Notes: generated from the sequence alone by a model not told the origin. Positions 29,537 to 39,692 are shown, counted from the first letter of the stretch. The stretch: DNA of 61,084 bases from Bradymonadia bacterium (GCA_046290225.1 JBKAGE010000058.1:1-61084); one strand, 5' to 3'. A program made the numbers and translations.

Positions 29537-29716
29537 GGCCCCCAGAGGTGCAGGGGGTCTCATCGAGCGCCCATGCCCTGAGAGCCTTCCTTTGGCCCAC
29601 CAGCTTCAGCCCCATTGAAGCCACAATGGGGCCAAGTCAAAACATCACTCCCCGTTAAAGAACGACGACTTCCGACCACGTCTCGGATACTGTGGTGCAC
29701 CCCCTCAGGAGTCGCC

Positions 29717-31318
29717 ATGTATCGCTCGCTGCTGCCCGCCGTGTTGTTGCTGTCTGCTTGTGGTGCCACCCCTGATGGTGGTGTCAAGACACCCGCCACA
29801 GAGCCCCCCCGAGTCAGAGTGTTGCTCACATCGAGTGCAGGCGACGCCATGCGAGAGGTGAGCACGGGGTCGATGGTCGAGCGTGCGAAGGGCGATGACT
29901 CGAAAGGCACCGCCCACATCGTTGTGCATCCGGATCGCAAGCGGCAGGTGTTCCAGGGCGTCGGTGGATCGTTGACCCAGGCCTCGGCGGCGGCCCTCAA
30001 GACCGTGTCGGCGAAAAACCGGCAGGCGATCCTCGAGGCGTACTTCGGCGCTGATGGTGCCCGCCTGGCCTTGAGCCGTACGCACATCGCCAGCTCTGAC
30101 TTCTCCGAGTACAGCTACACCTACGCCCCAGAGGCTGATCCCGAGTTGAAGGGCTTCTCGATCCACGAGGATCGCAAGAACGGCCTGCTTGAGCTGATCA
30201 CCGATGCCCAGAAGATCGCTGGCGCGCGGTTCAAGATGATCGCCTCGCCGTGGACTGCTCCACCCTGGATGAAAGACAGTCAGAAGTTCTTCGAGCCCCC
30301 CAAAGGCCGCGGTGGCAAGCTCTTGCCCGAACACTACGAGACCTTCGCCCGTTACTTCGTGAAGTACATCCAGGCCTACAAGGCCGCCGGCGTCGACATC
30401 TGGGCGGTGACCCCGGTGAACGAGCCCCAGGGCAACAACGGCACCTGGGAGAGCATGGAGATGAGCCCCGAAGAGCAGCGGGAGTTCGTGCGCGTGCTCG
30501 GCCGCACGCTGCGGGCCGCGGGCCTCGACACCCGCATCTTGATCTTCGATCAGAACCGCGGAGAGATGCCCGAGTACACCAAGGTGCTCTTCGGCGACAA
30601 AGAGGTGGCCTCGCTGGTCTATGGCACCGCGGTGCACTGGTACAACAGCACCTTCAAGGTCTACGAAGAGGTCCTCGACGCCGAGCACGCCCGATACCCC
30701 GACAAGGTGATCATCCACAGCGAGGGCACCATCGACAGCGTCTCCGGCAAAGCCTCCTGTGATCAGGCGTGCCCACAGCCGCCGTGTGGCTGTGAAGAGC
30801 TCTATGCGTGGTGGCAGGCCGATGACTGGTACTGGAAGAAGGAGGCCACAGACTGGGGCTGGGACTGGGCCCCGGATCGCCGCGACATCCACCCGAAGTA
30901 TGCGCCGGCCTTTCGCTATGCCCGCGATCTCGTCGTGGGCATGGATCACTGGCTCGCGGGCTGGGTGGACTGGAACATCGTGCTCAACAAGCGGGGCGGT
31001 CCGAACCACGTGGGCAACTTCTGCCTCGCCCCCATCATGGTGGACGGCGAGACCGACACGGTGCACTACACCCCGCTGTTCCACGTGATGAAGCAGGTGT
31101 CACGGCACAGCCGCCCTGGCGGCGTGGTGTTGGAGACAGAGCGCTCGATCCCCAACGGGCTGCACACGGCGTCGATCCAGAACCCCGATGGCACCATCGC
31201 GGTGCATGTCTTCAACGAGAGCGGTGCCGACGTGGATTATGTGCTGCGACTCGGTAAGCACACGCTGACGCTGAAGAGCCCTCGAGCTTCTCTTCAGACG
31301 GTGGTCATTACACCCTGA
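29717..31318 (+). CDS. Glycoside hydrolase family 30 (glucosylceramidase-like) lipoprotein
   Basis: Lipobox LSAC, RTHIASSDFS, ASPWTAPPWMK, TPVNEP (acid/base), HWY, SEG (nucleophile) and WVDWN...GGPNHVGN. Confidence 0.9.
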   Translation: MYRSLLPAVLLLSACGATPDGGVKTPATEPPRVRVLLTSSAGDAMREVSTGSMVERAKGDDSKGTAHIVVHPDRKRQVFQGVGGSLTQASAAALKTVSAKNRQAILEAYFGADGARLALSRTHIASSDFSEYSYTYAPEADPELKGFSIHEDRKNGLLELITDAQKIAGARFKMIASPWTAPPWMKDSQKFFEPPKGRGGKLLPEHYETFARYFVKYIQAYKAAGVDIWAVTPVNEPQGNNGTWESMEMSPEEQREFVRVLGRTLRAAGLDTRILIFDQNRGEMPEYTKVLFGDKEVASLVYGTAVHWYNSTFKVYEEVLDAEHARYPDKVIIHSEGTIDSVSGKASCDQACPQPPCGCEELYAWWQADDWYWKKEATDWGWDWAPDRRDIHPKYAPAFRYARDLVVGMDHWLAGWVDWNIVLNKRGGPNHVGNFCLAPIMVDGETDTVHYTPLFHVMKQVSRHSRPGGVVLETERSIPNGLHTASIQNPDGTIAVHVFNESGADVDYVLRLGKHTLTLKSPRASLQTVVITP

Positions 31319-31404
31319 ACGCACTCTGCGCTCAGATTGAGTGTGGTCCATATGCAGGCCAGCCGATGGGAGTTTCCCCGCCTGGTGCTCTATACTCTGC
31401 AGCC

Positions 31405-32568
31405 ATGAGTGACGCGGTGGACAAGCAGCCTGCAGATGAGGGCGGTCGTACGGACACGCCCAAGAAGAGCAGTGCGCCGCAATCACCCCTCGACCATCTG
31501 CGACAGACCCTCACGCGGTTCGACGCCAAACAGCTCGGTGACGGCAGCTGGTTCATCGAGAAGCTGCGGCGCTTCAACGCGTGGTTCATGGGCCGCAAGA
31601 CCACCAAGTATCATGCCCGCGCCGACGCTTTACGGGCCGAGTATCCCGACCTCGACGACGAGGCCCTCGCCAAGAAAGTCATACAGATTTCCGCCCGGCG
31701 GGCCGCCTGGGTGGGGGGCTGCGCCGGGGCGTTGATCTCTCTGGCAGAGGCCGCCGCCACCAACCTGCCCTTCGGGGTCGCCTTGTTGCTCACCATGGGT
31801 GAGCTCATGTGGCTCGAGCGGCTGCAGTCCACGATGATTTTCAGCATCGCCGGCGCCCACCGCTACAACCTCGACCCACGTCACGCCAGCGATCTGGGCG
31901 TGCTTTACGGCAGCATGCTGCAGGTCAAGGGGGCCACTCGGGTCGCGGCGTACAGCCGCACTCTGGCCATCAAGATTTTTCGCGTCGTGGGCATCAGGTT
32001 CTCCCAGCGGGCGGCGATGAAGGTCGCCGTACCCCTCATCAGCATCGGCGCCGGGGCGGCGCTGAACTACTACATGACCCTCAAGCTCGGGCAGCAGGCT
32101 TCGAAGCGCTTCAGCCACGCCGGTCACCGCGAGCGCTGGCTCGACGAGATGGTGGGCTACGACGACGCCGGCCAGCGGCTGCTGCTCGCCCTGATGATGT
32201 TGATGGCCAGTGCCGATGGCCGTACAAAGCTTCACCGCCGCGAGCGGGATCTCCTCACCCGAGCCCTCGATCGGTACAGCGATGATCCCGAGGTGCGCCA
32301 GACGGTGCTCGTGAGCATGAACACTCCGGAGGACATGCTCCTCGACAGCTTGAAAAAGATAAATGATGAGGCGTTCTATGAGCTGACGCTGGAGCTGATG
32401 GTGCTCATGGCCACCGCCGACGGGAAGGTGAACGCCGCCGAAGAGGCGCTGCTGCTGCGTGTCGCCGAGGCCTGTGGCCTGCCCCTGGAGCTCGGCGAGC
32501 TGACCGCCCGCGCCCGTGCGGTCCGTAAAGAGATGGAGCTCGAGGAGTCCAGTGAAGACGAGGGTTGA
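31405..32568 (+). CDS. EcsC-like domain fused to TerB-like domain(s)
   Basis: EcsC-like segments (KVAVPLISIGAGAALNYY) and two TerB-like M(AS/AT)ADG...E motifs. Confidence 0.65.
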   Translation: MSDAVDKQPADEGGRTDTPKKSSAPQSPLDHLRQTLTRFDAKQLGDGSWFIEKLRRFNAWFMGRKTTKYHARADALRAEYPDLDDEALAKKVIQISARRAAWVGGCAGALISLAEAAATNLPFGVALLLTMGELMWLERLQSTMIFSIAGAHRYNLDPRHASDLGVLYGSMLQVKGATRVAAYSRTLAIKIFRVVGIRFSQRAAMKVAVPLISIGAGAALNYYMTLKLGQQASKRFSHAGHRERWLDEMVGYDDAGQRLLLALMMLMASADGRTKLHRRERDLLTRALDRYSDDPEVRQTVLVSMNTPEDMLLDSLKKINDEAFYELTLELMVLMATADGKVNAAEEALLLRVAEACGLPLELGELTARARAVRKEMELEESSEDEG

Positions 32569-32584
32569 GCGTCAGTCCGCTCGG

Positions 32585-35440
32585 ATGAGCTTGCTCGTGT
32601 GTGTGTGGGTCGTCACCGGCTGCCTCGAGGTGGTGCCTGACGCCACGAGCGAGCCCGACGCTGCAGATGCAATGGCCGTCGGCATCGACGGCATGGCGGG
32701 GAGCGGAGGCGCTGGAGGCATGGCCGGCGGCGCTGGTGGTGAGGGCGGCCTCGAAGAGGACATGGGCGTGCCGGACGACGCGGGGGGTGAGGGCGGCACT
32801 GACGCAGCAACACCCAACGCCGACTTCGACGCTGCGATCGATGATGTGGATGCCGGTGGTGCTGGTGGGATGGGCGGTGAGGGGGGGATGGACACGCCCC
32901 CGACGTTCGAGCCACCCGAGCTCGCCGAGTGGCCGGAGATCGGGGCCTGGCTGTGCCCCAACCGGCCAGCGTCGTGCGAGGGTTGGGTCGAGACTGAAGA
33001 GGGTCCCCGAGGGCCTGCGCTGCAGAACTGCGCTGCTCAGGGCACCCTGACTTTGCCTCATGGCTGTGGGTGTCAGCGATTGCTGTGCCCCGAAGGCTGG
33101 CGCTGGGCCGGCATCACGTGCGTCGCTCCGGAGCGGGCCCTCGAAGATCCACTCACGGTGCCCGGCGCGTTGCTCCAGCCTCTGCGGTGCACCGATCTGG
33201 AGGGGTACCGCAACCACATCGACAGCCCTGCCTGTGTGACCCCGGTGAACCGCTGTGGCCCTGGTGAGATCATCCAAGATGTTTCAGGCAACTGTGAGCC
33301 GCTGATGCCTGCAGACGGCAACGTGTGGCAGGACCCCTCACCGTGCGCCACTTTGCGCAGCGACTGGGCCAACGCTGATGCCCATATTGATTGGGTGCAC
33401 GTCTCCAGCGCCGGTGAGCCCCTCGGGGCGGGTACGCTCGCTGACCCCGTGGGCTCTGTCGCCGAGGCCCTCGAGCGCATCCGTGGGGGCCAGAGCGCCC
33501 GCATCGTTCTCCTCGATGCCCTCGACGAGTCGCCCGTCATCCCTCGAGAAGCCGTCTTCGAAGACATCACGCTCTGTGGCGCGCCGTGCCCTGAGGGTCA
33601 GCCGCTCTGCCAGCAAGAGCGGTGGCCTACCCCCGCCTCCATCGACGTGCTCACCGTGCAGGCCGACTTCCCCTGGCTCGGTTTCCTCGGCATGGACCGT
33701 CTCGTACGCGACGGCGGCAGCAATGGCCCGGGTACTGGGCGGGCGCTGTGGATCAGAGGCGATCTCGAGCAGAGCAGCGCGGCGTCACCCTACATCGACC
33801 TGCGTCACGTCTGGATCGAGGGCGGCCTCACGCTGTCGGCCCCTCAAGATGGCGACGCAGGCGGCGCGGCGATCTTGCACGCAGTCATCGAGGGTGGCGT
33901 CGTCGCGCGGAACGCCGCCCTCGAGTTTGGCCCCAGCACCCTCATCTACGGCCCTGATCGCGATGTACCTGCTGTGATCGCCGAGCGGGGCGCTCAGGTG
34001 CGTATGCGCAACGCCTGGGTGGAGACCCCGGGCTTTGGCATCGTCGCCCGAGATCCCGAGACACAGGTGCTGCTCGATGGTGTGCACATCAACGGCACCG
34101 AGGACTCGAACCACGCCCTCTATGTGTCCAACGGCGCCAGCGTGTCGCTGTATCCTCAGCGCACCGGCGTCGTCCGTGGTGGCCTCTCCATCACGGGCAG
34201 CTTCGCCAACTGGGTGATCAAGGTGGAGCACGCCAGCCTCTGCGCCCAGAACGACCGTGAGGCTCTCATCGACTGCGAGGTGGCCGAGCCCGTGCTCGAG
34301 GGGCAGCTCTCGATCAACGTGGAGCAGGGCCGCTCCATCCTCGTGGGTGAGGGCGGTGACGTGCGTTTGGGTGATGTGGCCATTCGTGGGGGGGAGAGCC
34401 CCTCCATCGAGAGCAGTGGCCGCCTGACCTTGCGGGCGCTGTCCATCGACCGCAGCGTGGCATTGCCCGATGTGGAAGAGCTCGAAGGCGAAGAGTCAGC
34501 GGTGCTGATTCGGGGAGGGCAGAGCCGCATCATCGAGTCGCGCTTCAACGGCCAGACCGCCCGCATCGAGGTGCTGGATCCCGCATCGCTCCAAGCGGAG
34601 GTGTGCCCACACGAGGCCTCACGGGTGCGCTGGCCGGCGAACGATGTCGTCGACCGGGCCCCTGGTGGAGTGTGGGTGCGATCGGGCTGCCTTCACCTGA
34701 CCGAGTCCATCATCGAGCGCGATGGCGCGTGGCTGCGGGTGAGCGGCGGCGCGTACTTGAGAGGGGAGCGCCTGCACCTGCTCGGTGACGACATCGAGCT
34801 GCGCACCAGCGGCGGCGGGCTCGATCTGCTCTGGATCGATGCCCTGGGCGACTTGGAGCTCACGGCCTTCGCCGGCGAGGTGCGGATGGAGGGCTTCCGC
34901 CTGGAGTCGCTCTCGGCAACCATCGGCAACAGCAACGTGCGCTTGCGCCACGGCAGGCTCACCGCCAACGAGGCAGGTGAGCGGGGCATCGGCCTCGGCG
35001 GGCTGCTGGTGATGGAAGATGTGCTGATGACGGGTGCGTCTACCCTGAACACGCCCTTCTGGCACGTCGTGGAGGGGGGCCGCTTGAGCATGGCCCACAG
35101 CGAGATGGAGTTTCTGGGCTTTCAGACGGCGATCCAGGTGGACGCTGGGGGCGAGGCGCTGGTGGAGCACACCCGCATGACGGGTGCTCAGATTCAGCAA
35201 GTGGCTTCTGAGGGCACGCTCATCGTGCGCAACTCGAGGATCACCGGGGAGATGAGCAACATCGGCGGCCGCCCGGTGGGGTTGAGCCTCGCCGGGCCCT
35301 CTGCGCTGACCTGTGTGGCAATACTGGCGCATCACACGGCGCTGGATGTGAGCACTGAGACCTTCTGGGCTGACCGGGTGTGGTTGGAATCACTCGAGGT
35401 GGACTGTGTGGGTGTTGGGTGTGGTGGCTTGGCTGAGTGA
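32585..35440 (+). CDS. Large lipoprotein with Cys-rich region and probable right-handed beta-helix
   Basis: Lipobox VTGC, Gly-rich linker, GAGTLADPVGSVAEAL (pectin-lyase-like N-cap) and repetitive beta-strand C-terminus. Start codon uncertain. Confidence 0.65.
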   Translation: MSLLVCVWVVTGCLEVVPDATSEPDAADAMAVGIDGMAGSGGAGGMAGGAGGEGGLEEDMGVPDDAGGEGGTDAATPNADFDAAIDDVDAGGAGGMGGEGGMDTPPTFEPPELAEWPEIGAWLCPNRPASCEGWVETEEGPRGPALQNCAAQGTLTLPHGCGCQRLLCPEGWRWAGITCVAPERALEDPLTVPGALLQPLRCTDLEGYRNHIDSPACVTPVNRCGPGEIIQDVSGNCEPLMPADGNVWQDPSPCATLRSDWANADAHIDWVHVSSAGEPLGAGTLADPVGSVAEALERIRGGQSARIVLLDALDESPVIPREAVFEDITLCGAPCPEGQPLCQQERWPTPASIDVLTVQADFPWLGFLGMDRLVRDGGSNGPGTGRALWIRGDLEQSSAASPYIDLRHVWIEGGLTLSAPQDGDAGGAAILHAVIEGGVVARNAALEFGPSTLIYGPDRDVPAVIAERGAQVRMRNAWVETPGFGIVARDPETQVLLDGVHINGTEDSNHALYVSNGASVSLYPQRTGVVRGGLSITGSFANWVIKVEHASLCAQNDREALIDCEVAEPVLEGQLSINVEQGRSILVGEGGDVRLGDVAIRGGESPSIESSGRLTLRALSIDRSVALPDVEELEGEESAVLIRGGQSRIIESRFNGQTARIEVLDPASLQAEVCPHEASRVRWPANDVVDRAPGGVWVRSGCLHLTESIIERDGAWLRVSGGAYLRGERLHLLGDDIELRTSGGGLDLLWIDALGDLELTAFAGEVRMEGFRLESLSATIGNSNVRLRHGRLTANEAGERGIGLGGLLVMEDVLMTGASTLNTPFWHVVEGGRLSMAHSEMEFLGFQTAIQVDAGGEALVEHTRMTGAQIQQVASEGTLIVRNSRITGEMSNIGGRPVGLSLAGPSALTCVAILAHHTALDVSTETFWADRVWLESLEVDCVGVGCGGLAE

Positions 35441-35558
35441 TAGATGAATACATGATAGACACAAGGGCGTAGGTTACGACTCTATCAATATTCTCTGGGG
35501 GGCATGGATAGAGTTGTTGAAGATGTCTCTGGAGCGCACACCAAGAGTCCAATTGCGC

Positions 35559-36083
35559 AGAAGCGAGGGTTGGGGTTGAGCCTTTGTAGGCAGTCATCGC
35601 TTCGCTCTGCCTGCGTAGGCGCCGGGCCTTCGGCAGTCCTTCGGACCGCCTCGTCTGGCGCGTACACGTTTGGGCTTCCGCTTGCGCGGACACCCTTCCG
35701 GGTAGGCAGGGTCGCTCAATGCTGACGCATTGTTTGCTCGCTCCCCTGCGTAAAGAGCTTCTTCTGTCTCTTGTTGCTGAACCCCGCCGGGATTCGACCT
35801 ACCGCGAACGTACAAGTTTCTGAACATCAAACACTCGGCGTAAGCCCCAACAGCATTGGGGGTGCCCTCAAAGCCACACCAGAACTGACTTTTTACGCAG
35901 GGGAGCGAGCGAAAAGGGCGAAGCCCTGAGCGACCCTGCCTACCCGGAGGCCTGCTCGCCTCAGCGAGCGTGCCGACGTGTACGCAGCTTCCAGGCGGGC
36001 CGAAGGCCGGCCGACAAAGCTGCCTACGCAGGCAGAGCGAAGCGATGACTGCCTACAAAGGCTCAGCCCCAACCTTCACTTTT
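35559..36083. repeat. Inverted pair of ~195-nt structured REP-like elements (arms 35559-35757 and 35889-36083)
   Basis: Four conserved blocks are shared in inverted orientation (52/53, 10/10, 22/22 and 19/19 nt). They are separated by hairpins that differ in sequence but keep pairing. GTAGGC motifs recur. Confidence 0.9.
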
Positions 36084-36147
36084 ATGTACGGGAAAGATGC
36101 CCCGTTTCACTGGCCATGAAATCCCACTTGCCCATGGCACCACAAAA

Positions 36148-36182
36148 CAATACGCTCTGCTTGAAACAATCAGGCCGTATTG
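36148..36182. promoter_or_regulatory. Putative pair of TetR operator boxes
   Basis: CAATACGCTCTGCTTG and CAATCAGGCCGTATTG form an imperfect inverted pair just upstream of the TetR gene. Confidence 0.5.
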
Positions 36183-36197
36183 CTTTTTGGGGCCCGC

Positions 36198-36872
36198 GTG
36201 ACCGAGCGAACCGAACATCTCCCTCTGCTCCAGACCCCCGCCCCGCCTCAGGGGCGTCAGCAGGAGAAGAGCGCCGAGGCCCGGCGGCGCATCTGCGAGG
36301 CCACCCTCGCATGCCTCGCCGAGTACGGCTACCAGGGCACCAGCACCACCCGCATCGTGCAACAGGCGGGCATCAGCCGTGGGGCCATGCAGCATCATTT
36401 CCCCACCAAGCACGAGGTCATCGTCGCCACCGCTGGCCACCTCATTCGGCAGGTCATCGGCGCTGCGGAGCGCAAAGCCCGGCGGCTACAGGCCGGCCCT
36501 GAAGGTTTCCGCGCCTTCATCGAGTATCTGTGGGCCAGACTCTTCGACACCCAGCAATACGATGCCGTGCTTGAGCTGATGCTCGCTGCCCGGACCGACG
36601 AGGCGTTGCGGGCGCAGTTGCTGCCCACCCTGGCCCAGACCAATACGCTCATCGAGGAGCGACTCTCTGCACTTGCACACGGCGCTGATGGCGAAGATCC
36701 CGCGCTGTTGCTTGCCATGACCCGGTTCATGCTCAGGGGTCTCGCCCTGGAGCTCGAGTCGGGCCCCGAGGCGAGGGCGAGGGCAAAGGCCGTGCTCGAT
36801 CGTTGGATCACCCTGGTGAGCCCCCATCTGAATTTTCACGGCGAGGGGGGTGCCCCCTCGACCCCGACCTGA
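36198..36872 (+). CDS. TetR/AcrR family regulator (AtuR-like by context)
   Basis: N-terminal HTH GYQGTSTTRIVQQAGISRGAMQHHFPTK. First gene of the atu-like cluster. Confidence 0.9.
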   Translation: MTERTEHLPLLQTPAPPQGRQQEKSAEARRRICEATLACLAEYGYQGTSTTRIVQQAGISRGAMQHHFPTKHEVIVATAGHLIRQVIGAAERKARRLQAGPEGFRAFIEYLWARLFDTQQYDAVLELMLAARTDEALRAQLLPTLAQTNTLIEERLSALAHGADGEDPALLLAMTRFMLRGLALELESGPEARARAKAVLDRWITLVSPHLNFHGEGGAPSTPT

Positions 36873-36883
36873 GGAGCGACTGC

Positions 36884-38503
36884 GTGCCGATCATCGAGTC
36901 CAAGGTGATCCCCACCTCCGAGCGATTTGCCCAGAACCGGGCCGAGATGTTGGCCCTCGTCGACGGCTTTCGGGCCCTCGAGGCGAAGGTGCGAGCCAAC
37001 TCGGAGAGCAAGCGGGGCAAGTTCGAGAAGCGGGGCCAACTGCTGCCCCGTGACCGGGTGGCGTTGTTGCTCGACCCTGGGGCGCCGTTCTTGGAGATGT
37101 CCACCCTGGCGGGGCTGGCCATGCACGATGACGACGGCAAAGACGACGTCATGGGCGGAGGCAGCATTGCCGGCCTCGGCTACGTGAGCGGTCGGCGGTG
37201 CATGATCGTGGCCACAGATTCGGCCATCAAGGGTGGCTCCGTGAGCCCCATGGGGCTCAAGAAGGGCTTGCGCATGCAGCAGATCGCCCTGGAGAACAAG
37301 CTGCCCTTCATCACCCTCGCCGAGAGCGCCGGGGCCAACCTGATGTATCAGTCCGAGCTGTTCATCGACGGGGGGCAGAGCTTCGCCAACCAGGCGCGGA
37401 TGTCCGCTGCTGGGGTGCCTCAAGTGACTGTGGTGCACGGATCGAGCACTGCTGGTGGGGCCTATCTGCCCGGGTTGTCGGACTATGTGGTGCTCGTCCG
37501 GGGCAAATCGAAGATCTTCCTCGCGGGGCCGCCACTGTTGAAGGCCGCCACCGGTGAGATCGCCACCGACGAAGAGCTCGGGGGCTCCGCGCTGCACGCC
37601 GAGGTGGCCGGCACGGGTGAGTATGTCGCCGAAGACGACGCCCACGGCGTGCACCTCGCCCGAGAGATCGTGTCGATGCTCAACTGGCCTGGCACCCAAG
37701 CGGCTACACCGAGCTTCAAGCCCCCGCGATACAGCCCCGACACCCTCGCCGGCGCCGTGCCGGTGGACTACCGCAAGCCCTACGACGTGCGCGAGGTCAT
37801 CGCCCGCATCGTCGACGACAGCGCCTTCCTCGACTTCAAGGCCGACTATGGGCCTCAGACCGTGTGCGGCCACGCCCGCATCGAGGGTCGGGCCTGTGGG
37901 ATCATCGGCAACAACGGGCCCATCAACCCTCAGGGGGCCACCAAGGCCGCCCAGTTCATCCAGCTGTGCAGCCAGAGCAACACCCCCCTCGTGTTCTTGA
38001 TGAACACCACCGGCTACATGGTGGGCCGCGACGCCGAGGCCGGGGGCATCGTCAAGCACGGCTCGAAGATGATTCAGGCTGTGGCCAACGCCCCGGTGCC
38101 CCGCATCACCCTGGTCATCGGCGGCTCGTGGGGAGCCGGGAACTACGGCATGTGCGGTCGGGGCTTTGGCCCGCGGTTCATCTTCTCGTGGCCCAACGCC
38201 CGAGTGGGGGTCATGGGCCCGGAGCAGGCAGGGAAGGTGATGCAGATCGTCGCCGCCCAGAAGTTCGCCAAGATGGGCGTGCCTCCGGAGCAGATGACCG
38301 AGATGCTCGACCAGATCAAAGCCGATCTGGTGGGCCGCATGGATCCTGAGACCACGGCTCTCTTCGGCACCGCCCGCCTCTGGGACGACGGCATCATCGA
38401 TCCCAGAGACTCGCGCCGCGTCTTGTCGCTCTGCCTCGCCACCTGCGCCGAGGCCGAGGGCCGCACCCTTCACCCCAACACCTTCGGCGTCGCCCGTCTT
38501 TAA
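36884..38503 (+). CDS. atuC: Geranyl-CoA carboxylase beta subunit (acyl-CoA carboxyltransferase)
   Basis: RGQLLPRDRV, ESAGANL, STAGGAY, IFLAGPPLLKAATGE, KHGSKMIQAV and FGVARL. GTG start with GAGGAG RBS. Confidence 0.82.
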   Translation: MPIIESKVIPTSERFAQNRAEMLALVDGFRALEAKVRANSESKRGKFEKRGQLLPRDRVALLLDPGAPFLEMSTLAGLAMHDDDGKDDVMGGGSIAGLGYVSGRRCMIVATDSAIKGGSVSPMGLKKGLRMQQIALENKLPFITLAESAGANLMYQSELFIDGGQSFANQARMSAAGVPQVTVVHGSSTAGGAYLPGLSDYVVLVRGKSKIFLAGPPLLKAATGEIATDEELGGSALHAEVAGTGEYVAEDDAHGVHLAREIVSMLNWPGTQAATPSFKPPRYSPDTLAGAVPVDYRKPYDVREVIARIVDDSAFLDFKADYGPQTVCGHARIEGRACGIIGNNGPINPQGATKAAQFIQLCSQSNTPLVFLMNTTGYMVGRDAEAGGIVKHGSKMIQAVANAPVPRITLVIGGSWGAGNYGMCGRGFGPRFIFSWPNARVGVMGPEQAGKVMQIVAAQKFAKMGVPPEQMTEMLDQIKADLVGRMDPETTALFGTARLWDDGIIDPRDSRRVLSLCLATCAEAEGRTLHPNTFGVARL

Positions 38504-38513
38504 GGAAGCGCAC

Positions 38514-39692
38514 ATGATCTACACCGACCAGCACAATGAGCTTCGGCGCACCCTCGAGAAGTTCATCGAGAAAGAGATCAACCCCTACGTCGACGCCTGG
38601 GAAGAGGCGCAGATTTTCCCTGCCCACGAGCTGTTCAAGAAGCTCGGCAACCTCGGGTTCCTCGGGGTGACCAAGCCCGAAGAGTACGGCGGCATGGGCC
38701 TCGACTACTCGTACAGCGTGCTCGTGGCCGAGGCCCTCGGGAACATCAACTGCGGCGGTGTACCCATGGCCATCGGGGTACAGACCGACATGGCCACCCC
38801 GGCCCTGGCCAAGCACGGCAGCGACGAGGTGAAGCGCAACTTCCTCGCGCCGTCGATCGCCGGAGACTTCGTGGCCTGCCTTGGGGTGAGCGAGGTGGGC
38901 GCGGGGTCGGACGTGGCCAGCATCAAGACCACCGCCCGCAAAGACGGCGACGACTACATCATCAATGGCGGCAAGATGTGGACCACCAGCGGCACCCAGG
39001 CGGACTGGATGTGCACCCTGGTGAACACCAGCACCGAGGGCGGCCCCTACGGCAACAAGACCCTGGTCTGCGTGCCCATGAAGACCAAGGGCATCACTAT
39101 CGAGCGCAAGCTGCACAAGCTGGGCATGTGGTCCTCGGACACGGCCCAGGTCTTCATGGAAGACGTGCGGGTGCCCCAGCGCTTCGTCATCGGCCACGAG
39201 GGGGCCGGCTTCATGTACCAGATGGAGCAGTTCCAGGAGGAGCGCCTCTGGGGCGCCGCCTCGATGATCCGATCCCTCGAGAAGGCCATCAACGAGACCC
39301 GCAAGTACACCAGCGAGCGCAAGATCTTCGGCCAGAGCGTGCTCGATTTTCAGACGGTGCACTTCCGCCTCGCCGAGCTCGAGACCGAGGTCGAGCTGTT
39401 GCGCTCTCTGGTGTACCGCGCCAGCGAGCTCTACATGCAAGGGGAGAACGTCACGCGCCTCGCCTCGATGGCCAAGCTCAAGGCCGGCCGCCTCGCCCGA
39501 GAGGTCGCCGACAGCTGCCTGCAGTTCTGGGGCGGTATGGGCTACATGTGGGAAACCAACATCAGCCGGCTGTTCCGCGACGCCCGGCTCATCAGCATCG
39601 GCGGTGGTGCTGATGAGGTCATGCTCAGCATCATCTGCAAGATGAGCGGCTCACTCCCGAGCAAAGGCTCACGCAAAAAGAAGAGCAAGTGA
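38514..39692 (+). CDS. atuD: Citronellyl-CoA dehydrogenase-like acyl-CoA dehydrogenase
   Basis: GVPMAIGVQTDMATPAL, SEVGAGSDV, QFQEERL, CLQFWGGMGY and SIGGGADEVML. Confidence 0.82.
   Translation: MIYTDQHNELRRTLEKFIEKEINPYVDAWEEAQIFPAHELFKKLGNLGFLGVTKPEEYGGMGLDYSYSVLVAEALGNINCGGVPMAIGVQTDMATPALAKHGSDEVKRNFLAPSIAGDFVACLGVSEVGAGSDVASIKTTARKDGDDYIINGGKMWTTSGTQADWMCTLVNTSTEGGPYGNKTLVCVPMKTKGITIERKLHKLGMWSSDTAQVFMEDVRVPQRFVIGHEGAGFMYQMEQFQEERLWGAASMIRSLEKAINETRKYTSERKIFGQSVLDFQTVHFRLAELETEVELLRSLVYRASELYMQGENVTRLASMAKLKAGRLAREVADSCLQFWGGMGYMWETNISRLFRDARLISIGGGADEVMLSIICKMSGSLPSKGSRKKKSK

Noticed and set aside
35780..35800. tRNA T-arm-like string (minus strand GGTCGAATCCCGGCGGGG) in the repeat spacer
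   Set aside because: It lacks the GTTCGA consensus and no cloverleaf can be built.
35485..36502. Short ORFs sharing the peptide TQAERSDDCLQRL (35485-35667 minus and 35978-36502 plus)
   Set aside because: The shared peptide is just the translation of the inverted repeat arms, with no coding signal.
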